This document shows, in pieces, positions 38,669 to 46,146 of a stretch of DNA of 64,000 nt. The stretch is from Botryllus schlosseri (lineage: Eukaryota), in the NCBI GenBank assembly GCA_051294905.1, contig CM119383.1:18538001-18602000 (forward strand). The letters run 5' to 3'. The position numbers and the translations under genes are program-made. The notes beneath the pieces are model-generated. The model made no database searches. It saw only the letters and a list, made by a program, of their open reading frames with translations, and was not told where the DNA came from. How positions within the stretch are numbered: the first letter of the stretch is position 1; each line of letters opens with the position of its first letter.

Positions 38669-41600
38669 TCAATCCCCCATTTGCAATAGTTTCCCCGGAA
38701 TTGGCCCTTCACAAAGCACAACATCGGGATTAGGAGACTGAAGAAGTTCGAGACCCTCAGCCTGCAGGTCCACCGCATTCATGCTGATGACAGTTTTCCG
38801 GCCTCGCGTCTTTGTCGTTTTCGTTTTACTAAGGTGGACGAATTTCCGCTTCATCCTTTCGATCCCTTCCTTCAGTAGGGCTTTTGCGTTTGATTCGGTC
38901 GTCACATGATACAGTATTCCGTCACCTCTATACTCTTTATACGGGGGAGGTGACCCTTTTGTATGACCATGTGCGGCGGCCAAACCACGATGGACAGCTA
39001 CGGCTCTGTCGCACCTTTCCATGACAGACTTGACATCCGTGATACTTATTCTCTTCCCCAATTTCTGCGTTAATATTTCGGAGATACTTTCCCAAGGGTG
39101 GTACCCGTCAACCGACTGGTTGCAATGTTCATGACGACAATGAAACATCAACATTCGCTGTATCCTCTCCTCTAGCTGCCCTTTCAAAGGATGCGGGAGT
39201 TCCTTTTTTCTTGGTATCGTGGCCCAAACATGCGGATCGTCATCCCCCGCGGCCATTTCCATCCAATAAGATCGGGACAACCCATCTGACGTAAATACTT
39301 GTAACGTACTTAAATGGATTACCTCCTTTATTTGGAATCCGGAAAGATGATTGAGCCACCTTTGAATTAGAGGTTTTGGGCTCGGGTTTTTAGCTGTATC
39401 CGCCATTCTTTTGAGGAGCCCAAACACGCCCGTGTTATCAGTAATTATAGTAAAGGGTAAGGCGCGCAACATCGACTGCCACTTTTCCACCGAATCTTTT
39501 AGGGCTTTCAGTTCTTTTGTGCACGGATCATAAGCTCTCGCAGCTGGAGTTACCCACTTCTGACTATAGTAGGCGATCGGGTACACATTTTTGAAAGGGG
39601 GTTTACCTCCAATTTCCGTCTGAAAAATTATGGAGCCAAACCCTACATCTGAAGCATCGGTTTCCACAAAAATAGGAAGTACTGGATCCAAATGATATAA
39701 TACACGGGTACTGTCGAGGGCGGCTTGCGCAACCTTGTAGTCACGCAGCAATTCTTCGTTCCATAGCACTGGCGTCATTCTTCCCTGAGTTGCCGGAACT
39801 TTCCCCGTTAGCGCATCAAATTTGGCTAGCTTCAGGCTTAACTCAGGGATATGCTCAGAGATGTAGCGGAGAGCCCCAATCCATCCCCGCAATTCATATA
39901 TGTTCCGGGGTGGCGAGAGTTCTCGGAGGGCCCTTATCCTTTCGGGTTGTACTTCTATTTCTTTGCCCGTCAGTGTCGCACCCAGTAAATTTACCTTCCG
40001 CTTTCCGATATAGCATTTATTGATGCTGACCGTCAATTTCATTTTTGCCAGTTGCTCAAAAACCAGTCGTAGGAGCAGTAAATGATCGTCTATCGTCTTT
40101 GTACTCAGGAAAATATCGTCTATGTAGGCCTCCATAGGCGTCGCATTCTCCTCATCCGACCGGTCATTTTGCTTCATGTGTTTGCGATACTTCTCCGTGA
40201 CGGGTTTCACCAAGCATTCTTGCATGTTAGAGGTCCAAAGGGCAACCGCTGTCTTTAGCCCCATAACCATCTTACGCCATCTTACGTGCATTCCTTTAAT
40301 GGCTATGCCTACATATTGTTTGGATCTTTCTGTGATATCCATGTGAAAGTAGGCTTTTTTCAAATCTAAGAGGGAAAGCACTCCTCTACCTTGGGCGAGT
40401 TGCTTTACATCCGGTACTAAGGGCGGAGGTACTTCTATTGACTTAATGGCCGCATTAAGGGGCTGGAGGTTTTGTACCACCCTCCATGCTTGCTTCCATC
40501 CGCCTTCCTGTTTTTGCCTCTCATTCATTTTTTGTGGAACAACAAAAATAGCTAGTTTCCACTCGGCGAACCCTTGCTCAATTATTCCCAAATCCAAGAA
40601 GTTGTCTACTGCCTCTTTTAAGGCCTTCGCCTGGCCCTCCCCCTTCAGATTATAAGGACCAGAAACGAAGGGTTTGGTGGAGGGGTCCTTGAGTTCGATA
40701 TCACACTTATACTTCATGGCTTGAGGAGCTCGCAAGTGGCCACGCAGATCTTCTAGTTCCCTAGCGAAAGGTTCATAGACGCTTTTCCAGATTTCGTCGG
40801 CGATCAAGGTATTTTCTGGCGTAGTCAAGTCAGGGGGCTTATACGGCAATTTCGCTAGTTCGACTGATTGTGTGCACAGTAGCTCAAGTTCAGTTTTCAC
40901 CTCGGGGTTGGTGCCCTCTTGTAGTACGTACGTGGTTACCGGACTGTTCATCCTTTTGTTTGGCTTATGCGGTAATCTGAGTTCTGGTGTTGGCGGAGAG
41001 AGAGCGAGGTCCTTTTCCGTCAGCGGGACTTCCCAACCTATTCGTGTTAACCTCTGATCTCGGCGCGTGCCCACGCCTAACGTCACGCCGCCGAAATTTT
41101 GATCCGACGGGGGCCCTTGTTCTGGAGAGACTTGCATCCTAAAATCCCCAGACTCCTCTTTAGTCACTTCTGGGCTATTATCCAGAAAGTGAGTAGTAGC
41201 TGCTTTGGAATTAATATTGAGCGAAGCAGGCGTAACGGCGGCTGCCGTGAGGTCATTCCACATCGGCGCCTCACGTTCATCTGCACACACAGTTTCGCCT
41301 ACATCCTCGTGGTCTCCGTGATTACTTTGACCACAGTTCGCGTCAGCGGGGCTTCCACGCTCGGCACGAAATCGAGTGGTGTCAGCAGGCCTTCCTTGCT
41401 CGGCACCTAAAGAGTCTCTTTCATTTATTGTAACGCCAGCGGTATTCACCGTCCCAACGTTTGCGTCAGTGGCCCTTGCCACCTCGACGCTCTTTGCTAC
41501 ATCATTGGAGTATTTCTCAATTGCTTGCACTCCATTTGCGTCAGCGGGACTTCCTCGCTCGGCGCGATGTCGGTGGGTGTCAGCAGGCCTTCCGTGCTCG

Positions 41601-42391
41601 GCACCTAAAGAGTCTCTTTTTTTTGTTTTAACGTCAGTGGGTTTTACCGACTCAACGTTTGCGTCAGCGGCCCTTGCCGTCTCGACGCTCCCTTGTTCTG
41701 CAGCTTTCACCAACCCATCCTTGGTCACAGCTTTGCAAGGACTGTTCCCAATTCTGGTTCCATTTCTTTCGTCGCATAATTTCATACTATGTACTGTTGC
41801 CAATGACAATTCTTCATTAGCAGTGGATGGAGTTTTAAATTCAGTGTCTATACTTGGTAACTGTTGTACTTTGTCAATCCATTTCAACCCCACTATATTA
41901 AGAGGAACTCCTTTGCCAGTTGCAAATGGAACTTGCAACCCGTCAAGAGGTACTATTACCAGAGAGTCGACTCGGGACGAGCCTCCTATTCCGCGCAATT
42001 TCATATCAAGGGGCTGTCGTTCAGCCCAGCTTCTCGGATATTTATGTTTTACTACGCTTTTCATAATCAAATTGGGGATACTGCCAGTATCGGCTAGGAA
42101 TTTAGTGTCTGTGTTTGTATCCACTAGGTATAAAAGTTGTCCACCGAATAATTCCATGAAATCCGGCTGTAGGGGGTTGTCCGGTGAATCAAGGAATGTA
42201 AATAAAGGTAACGAGGCATTATGTACAGTTTTAACGTGTTGGGGTAATATTGTCTCTGGGAGCTGATTTACCGGATCAATCAGCGCCCCCAACCGTTTTT
42301 TGATAAGCGTAAGCCTTGTTCTAATTCCTCCTCGGTCCAGTAAGAGGCGGCGTATTGGCGCGGCTCTCGACCGTATGAAGGCGCAATCCAA
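38669..42391 (-). CDS. pol: Pol polyprotein: aspartic protease, repeat linker, RT, RNase H and Tpt1/KptA-like domain; probably made as Gag-Pol by -1 frameshift near 42295
   Basis: Protease LADTGS, GIGG flap and NIVGLKWI. RT LDLKKAY, MGLKTA and YIDD (40115-40126). RNase H ETDAS, KELKAL, TDN and DGLSR. No HHCC zinc finger or DDE core anywhere in the ORF. Confidence 0.95.
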   Translation of the reverse strand: MDCAFIRSRAAPIRRLLLDRGGIRTRLTLIKKRLGALIDPVNQLPETILPQHVKTVHNASLPLFTFLDSPDNPLQPDFMELFGGQLLYLVDTNTDTKFLADTGSIPNLIMKSVVKHKYPRSWAERQPLDMKLRGIGGSSRVDSLVIVPLDGLQVPFATGKGVPLNIVGLKWIDKVQQLPSIDTEFKTPSTANEELSLATVHSMKLCDERNGTRIGNSPCKAVTKDGLVKAAEQGSVETARAADANVESVKPTDVKTKKRDSLGAEHGRPADTHRHRAERGSPADANGVQAIEKYSNDVAKSVEVARATDANVGTVNTAGVTINERDSLGAEQGRPADTTRFRAERGSPADANCGQSNHGDHEDVGETVCADEREAPMWNDLTAAAVTPASLNINSKAATTHFLDNSPEVTKEESGDFRMQVSPEQGPPSDQNFGGVTLGVGTRRDQRLTRIGWEVPLTEKDLALSPPTPELRLPHKPNKRMNSPVTTYVLQEGTNPEVKTELELLCTQSVELAKLPYKPPDLTTPENTLIADEIWKSVYEPFARELEDLRGHLRAPQAMKYKCDIELKDPSTKPFVSGPYNLKGEGQAKALKEAVDNFLDLGIIEQGFAEWKLAIFVVPQKMNERQKQEGGWKQAWRVVQNLQPLNAAIKSIEVPPPLVPDVKQLAQGRGVLSLLDLKKAYFHMDITERSKQYVGIAIKGMHVRWRKMVMGLKTAVALWTSNMQECLVKPVTEKYRKHMKQNDRSDEENATPMEAYIDDIFLSTKTIDDHLLLLRLVFEQLAKMKLTVSINKCYIGKRKVNLLGATLTGKEIEVQPERIRALRELSPPRNIYELRGWIGALRYISEHIPELSLKLAKFDALTGKVPATQGRMTPVLWNEELLRDYKVAQAALDSTRVLYHLDPVLPIFVETDASDVGFGSIIFQTEIGGKPPFKNVYPIAYYSQKWVTPAARAYDPCTKELKALKDSVEKWQSMLRALPFTIITDNTGVFGLLKRMADTAKNPSPKPLIQRWLNHLSGFQIKEVIHLSTLQVFTSDGLSRSYWMEMAAGDDDPHVWATIPRKKELPHPLKGQLEERIQRMLMFHCRHEHCNQSVDGYHPWESISEILTQKLGKRISITDVKSVMERCDRAVAVHRGLAAAHGHTKGSPPPYKEYRGDGILYHVTTESNAKALLKEGIERMKRKFVHLSKTKTTKTRGRKTVISMNAVDLQAEGLELLQSPNPDVVLCEGPIPGKLLQMGD
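38675..39165 (-). other. Tpt1/KptA (RNA 2'-phosphotransferase)-like domain at the Pol C-terminus
   Basis: Family motifs appear in order: CRH (LRH), DGYHPW (DGWV), AAAHGHT (RANQGHS), LYHVT (LYHGT), GIERMKRKFVHLS (GL..M.R..VHLS), ISMNAVDLQAEGLELLQSPNPDVVLCEGPIP (L.ID......G..F..S.NGV.L...IP). Recognised by eye. Confidence 0.85.
39270..39690 (-). other. Ty3/Gypsy-type RNase H domain
   Basis: PIFVETDASDVGFGSIIFQ...YPIAYYSQKW...Y...KELKAL...FTIITDN...RW...DGLSR, with the acidic catalytic residues present. Confidence 0.92.
39960..40680 (-). other. Reverse transcriptase domain
   Basis: PY...LDLGIIE...WKLAIFVVPQK...WRVVQNLQPLN...LDLKKAYFH...MGLKTA...YIDDIFL...KC...LLG. Confidence 0.95.
41340..41690 (-). 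repeat. In-frame tandem duplication in the PR-RT linker (153-bp copies, 198-bp period)
   Basis: 41340-41492 matches 41538-41690. The peptide SVExARAxDANV...RDSLGAExGRPADT...RAERGSPADAN occurs twice. Confidence 0.92.
41870..42130 (-). other. Retropepsin-type aspartic protease domain
   Basis: FLADTGSIPNLI (DTGS at 42080-42091), LRGIGG flap and NIVGLKWI closing motif. Confidence 0.88.
42262..42301 (-). promoter_or_regulatory. -1 ribosomal frameshift signal
   Basis: Slippery heptamer A AAA AAC (42301-42295) in the Gag frame, 6-nt spacer, then hairpin GGGCGCTGATT-GATCCGGTA-AATCAGCTCCC (10 of 11 pairs). Pol is in the -1 frame relative to Gag. Confidence 0.8.
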
Positions 42392-45213
42392 TTTACTTGA
42401 CCGTCATTTAGAATTGGATTCGCGGGTGGCCCCCTGGGACCCCATTGGCCCCTATCGTGCCAGTGGGTTCTATCTCTGTTTTTAGGTCTACTATCATAGT
42501 AGGCCTCACATAGATTCGTTCTTTCTGCCAACGGGGGAGAGCCATGGGATATGAGATACCGATCAAGGTCTGAAATCGTCAATAATCCATGGCTAGTAAG
42601 GAACGGACGCCAGTTGCGTTCAGCGGACTCCTTAAGGCGCGGTGGCACCGGTCGGACCCTCTTACGGATTATCCACCCCAATTCGCTATCTCTAGAAAGT
42701 ACCTCATTGTTTAGCCAAAGGACAAACTTGGCAATGCAATTACGGGATTGGTGTCCGGGAGCCTTGCAATAATAACATACCGAAAGAGCCTGGCCCTGCG
42801 ACGGATTCAAATACAAGCCTAAGGGGGCAAAGATATTAGCATTTCCAAGGAAATTGTACCTCTCACCTTGGCTATCCGCGATGTGACGAGCCTCCTGACT
42901 GTTGGACGGAGTGATTTGCGAGTTATCCGGCCCAACTCCAGAATCTTGTGTTCCTTCCACTCGCGGGCTTACTTGGCTCGAAGTTCCTGGTTGTTGACTG
43001 GATTGTGCTGGTCCTGAAATAGGTCCGAGCCGGAAATGGGGCTCGGCAGAACCGCCTTGTACATTCTGAGGTCGTTCCAGTCGTTTTCTAGTCGTTTGTA
43101 CTCGCCTGCTAGGTCCGCTACCACTTGCGACGTTAATCAGGGGCCGGTTTAATCTTGTGTTGCGAATAGGATTCCGGCGCGGTTGTGGAACCTGCCCCGT
43201 ATTCACAAGCGGTCGCAAGGGGACCATTCTAGGAGGTGGAGGAGGCGTTGCGTCGAATTCTGGAGGAGGATGTGATGATGGGGAGTTAGGCTGTGGAGAG
43301 ACTCCCCGTTGTCCATCTACGTTAGAGTGGGTTGGATAACTGTGTACCACAGGCCCGGCGGGTTGTACATTGTAGATATGTACGGGTGGCATAGGTGACT
43401 CGTTCTGTTTCGTCCGTCTAGCTCTCGGAACCGTCGGGTTCGATTCCCGGTCATCTTGGAACTCCGAGTTCCAGAACAGTTGAAGTTCTTCCGCGACTTT
43501 ACGCCAGGTGTTTTCTTCCCACCCCCGAATAATCAACCTGAGTGCTTCCGGCAGCTGCTGTCTCAAATTGCGGAAGAGGCGCAGTCCGTCCGGATTATCC
43601 AGAACTAGATCGTCCATGTCTATTTCTAGTTGTTTCAGGGCGCTGTTTAGTAGAGGAAGGGGTTCATCTTCCCAATGATAATTTCTTCGGAAATCGTTGA
43701 TAATTCTTTCATTGTTCACAATTCCTTGCGGGTTGGAAAGTGATAGCGACCTCATAACGGATTCCCAGCTGGCGTTTCCCGAGTTTGTGTTGAAGAAGTT
43801 TCCAAGTTGGTCAGCTTGCTCGTAACGCCCAGCATTCTTCAATTTCTTCTGCATTGCATTCATCAATATTATATCGGCATCAGTGTTACCCTCCCCGTGG
43901 TGAATTCGTCTCATCGTGTTCTCCATCCATTTAAGGAGAGGCATGTCCCCCGGATCCATCATTAACTGTATCATTTCCTTCTCGGATTGAAATCTAGCAG
44001 GTGTAGTTAGCGTGGGGTTTACTATTACCTCCATCTGTCGTGACCGCGGATGACTTGGGCGACCATCCTCACTGTCATCTGGAGTAGATGCGAAACGCGG
44101 CCTACCAGGATATTCCGAGCCATTCGGCTGATAGAAAGCATCGTAATACCCAGGTCCACGTAGGATTTCTCCGGAAGCGCCGCTACCTCCATGGAGAGGT
44201 TTCTGAGTAGCTTCCCGGAGGGTGTCTCGGGTGGATTCCATTTGTCGTTCTAGATTTCGCAGTCGAGACGTCGTCGCCCTTTCAGAATCTTCTGACGGAG
44301 CCTCAGAGTCTCCTTGATCCTCCCTTTTCCCATAGAAAGTGACGTGTTTGGCGTCATTCGATGAGTATCTTGCCCGACTACTACGTGGCTCTACATCATC
44401 CAACTTGTTGCTGCCCCGCTGCTGATTCTTTGCATCTCGGGGTCCAGACACCAGTTCTCGGAATGTGGGGAGGTGTTCGCTGCCCAATTCGGAGTCCGTC
44501 TCACTTTCCATTCTCAATGGTTCACCTGCTGTTACCCCCGTAGGTGTCCAATATGTCATGGGCGTGTTAGCAGCACCTTTGGCCTTCGTCGCCGGATGTA
44601 TGTTCTCTCTTGTCTTGAAGTTCGGAGCCAACAGAGAACGGGCAACCGGTGTCGGTCGAGACGGGGCTCCAGTCTTCACGTCTGGGTGCGTAGGGTAGAC
44701 TGCAGTTACTGTATGACAATCCAACCCCTTTTTCACGGTGAAGGTGGGCATAGGCTGACACTCCCTAACCACCTGGGTAGCCGGAGGATCATAGGCCGGA
44801 GGAGGCGCTGAGGGTACGACGGCCAGGGCGGGAGGAGGATGCGGTTTCTCTCCTACCGCCTGCATATGGGCTTTACCCAGCTCGAACTCAGTCTGCAAGA
44901 TCTCATTTAATACGTCAGTGGAAACTTTTCCACTAACCTTGGAAGTGGCGTCGCATACCGCCTTCAGATCGGCTTGAGCACGGCGGACTTCCTTCTTAGC
45001 CTTTTCAAGACCCTTAACGGCCTCAGGCAAGGTCGTTTTGACTTCTTTTAGGACTCTTGTTTGATCGGCCACATCTTTAGCAAGTTTCCGCTCTTGTTCT
45101 CGCACATCCTCGTGGCGTTTTTGGGTTGATTTAAGCAGTCTGATGCCCTGCTGTAGTTCTGTCGACGCTTCCGTTGATTTTTTCTTTTTGAACAGCTTCA
45201 TGATTCTGCGCAT
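42280..45213 (-). CDS. gag: Gag polyprotein (basic N-terminus, coiled coil, late domains, capsid-like helical region, CCHC knuckle)
   Basis: 977-aa open ORF. CYYCKAPGHQSRNC (42736-42777), PSAPPPAY (44791-44814) and a helical CA-like region at about 43470-43980. ATG in good context (GCCATG). Confidence 0.92.
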   Translation of the reverse strand: MRRIMKLFKKKKSTEASTELQQGIRLLKSTQKRHEDVREQERKLAKDVADQTRVLKEVKTTLPEAVKGLEKAKKEVRRAQADLKAVCDATSKVSGKVSTDVLNEILQTEFELGKAHMQAVGEKPHPPPALAVVPSAPPPAYDPPATQVVRECQPMPTFTVKKGLDCHTVTAVYPTHPDVKTGAPSRPTPVARSLLAPNFKTRENIHPATKAKGAANTPMTYWTPTGVTAGEPLRMESETDSELGSEHLPTFRELVSGPRDAKNQQRGSNKLDDVEPRSSRARYSSNDAKHVTFYGKREDQGDSEAPSEDSERATTSRLRNLERQMESTRDTLREATQKPLHGGSGASGEILRGPGYYDAFYQPNGSEYPGRPRFASTPDDSEDGRPSHPRSRQMEVIVNPTLTTPARFQSEKEMIQLMMDPGDMPLLKWMENTMRRIHHGEGNTDADIILMNAMQKKLKNAGRYEQADQLGNFFNTNSGNASWESVMRSLSLSNPQGIVNNERIINDFRRNYHWEDEPLPLLNSALKQLEIDMDDLVLDNPDGLRLFRNLRQQLPEALRLIIRGWEENTWRKVAEELQLFWNSEFQDDRESNPTVPRARRTKQNESPMPPVHIYNVQPAGPVVHSYPTHSNVDGQRGVSPQPNSPSSHPPPEFDATPPPPPRMVPLRPLVNTGQVPQPRRNPIRNTRLNRPLINVASGSGPSRRVQTTRKRLERPQNVQGGSAEPHFRLGPISGPAQSSQQPGTSSQVSPRVEGTQDSGVGPDNSQITPSNSQEARHIADSQGERYNFLGNANIFAPLGLYLNPSQGQALSVCYYCKAPGHQSRNCIAKFVLWLNNEVLSRDSELGWIIRKRVRPVPPRLKESAERNWRPFLTSHGLLTISDLDRYLISHGSPPLAERTNLCEAYYDSRPKNRDRTHWHDRGQWGPRGPPANPILNDGQVNWIAPSYGREPRQYAASYWTEEELEQGLRLSKNGWGR

Positions 45214-45234
45214 GGCAATAACAATAAATTGGAT

Positions 45235-45603
45235 TTATAGGCTCGTAGTTGAGTTGTCGACAGCCTGATTTCCGCTGGAAACGGTCGGGTCGTCCAAAAT
45301 AGATCGCTGTGTGGATGCGATCGAAGAGTTGTGGACGTTAATTTCAGACTCTAGGACTTTAGAGAACGAGTCTTCGGTGGCGATAAATCGACGTCCTTCA
45401 GATGCGTTTTGTGAGCCAGTCAGAACAGGGAAAGCTGTTGTAAGTCCGTTGTTAGGTCTTCCGTTTCCACTTGGAACTGTAGTTGGAGAAACCCCCGGTA
45501 CTAAATGTAGATATATTGATGACAACGTGACGAACAAGGATATTACAGACGCAATCAGGGCCACGACCAATACCGTTTTAACGATGGTCGTCTTTGAACA
45601 CAT
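45235..45603 (-). CDS. ORF1: small (122 aa) putative membrane-anchored glycoprotein upstream of gag
   Basis: ATG 33 nt after the PBS. N-terminal hydrophobic stretch VLVVALIASVISLFVTLSSIYLHLV, then an S/T-rich tail with sequons NAS, NSS and NST. Stop lies 21 nt before the gag ATG. Confidence 0.7.
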   Translation of the reverse strand: MCSKTTIVKTVLVVALIASVISLFVTLSSIYLHLVPGVSPTTVPSGNGRPNNGLTTAFPVLTGSQNASEGRRFIATEDSFSKVLESEINVHNSSIASTQRSILDDPTVSSGNQAVDNSTTSL

Positions 45604-45635
45604 TGATAGGTCCACGTGCAGCACTGGAAGTAATA

Positions 45636-45653
45636 ATCCCAGTGGTGCCTCCA
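45636..45653 (-). promoter_or_regulatory. tRNA primer-binding site (U73 tRNA, Gln-like)
   Basis: TGGAGGCACCACTGGGAT is the complement of ATCCCAGTGGTGCCT-CCA, which fits tRNA geometry (C61, 5-bp T-stem, 7-bp acceptor, U73, CCA). Confidence 0.8.
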
Positions 45654-46036
45654 GTACGTTTAGAGTGCAGCTCCAATAACGCTTGTTACTGCGAGAGTCT
45701 ACACTTGGTTCGATTTTACTTCACAGTGTTGGTTTTCCTTATCTGTGTTGATGTTGTGACCTTGTAGCATCCACAAATGGTGATCGAAGCAGTTGTAAGG
45801 GTAGCAGCAGCTAGATCCAATCAGGCAATGACCTCCAGGTCCAGAACTTAAAACTACACTGGTATAACTAGTAAGCTAAACCTTAATACAACCAAATACT
45901 CCAATTATAACCATGCAAAGAGGAATGAGGTTTCTATGGGTAAAACCTGATAAAATTGGTAAACATGCTTCAATTATATTACAAGTTTTATCTAAACCTA
46001 TTCATCAACTTGCACGATTAATAAACATTTTCAATA

Positions 46037-46146
46037 CTCCAAGGTTTGTTTACGCATATAATTCATGCGACGGCCTGTCCTGCCGAAAAGCAGCTCCAAG
46101 GTTGGTTTACACATATAATTCATGTGACGGCCTATCCTGCCGAAAA
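46037..46146. repeat. Two 53-bp direct repeats (57-bp period) upstream of the PBS
   Basis: CTCCAAGGTTTGTTTACGCATATAATTCATGCGACGGCCTGTCCTGCCGAAAA versus CTCCAAGGTTGGTTTACACATATAATTCATGTGACGGCCTATCCTGCCGAAAA (4 mismatches). Confidence 0.9.

Noticed and set aside
38281-38778. Small ORFs after pol (85 aa and 77 aa) as integrase or env
   Set aside because: No HHCC, DDE, signal peptide or TM segment; too short. The 85-aa frame spans the PPT. A small accessory role is not excluded.
41376-42266. 296-aa antisense ORF as a tyrosine recombinase or other gene
   Set aside because: Mirror of the pol linker and protease; no R-H-R-Y motifs.
45311-45679. 122-aa plus-strand ORF
   Set aside because: Antisense shadow of ORF1 with a non-ATG start and no features.
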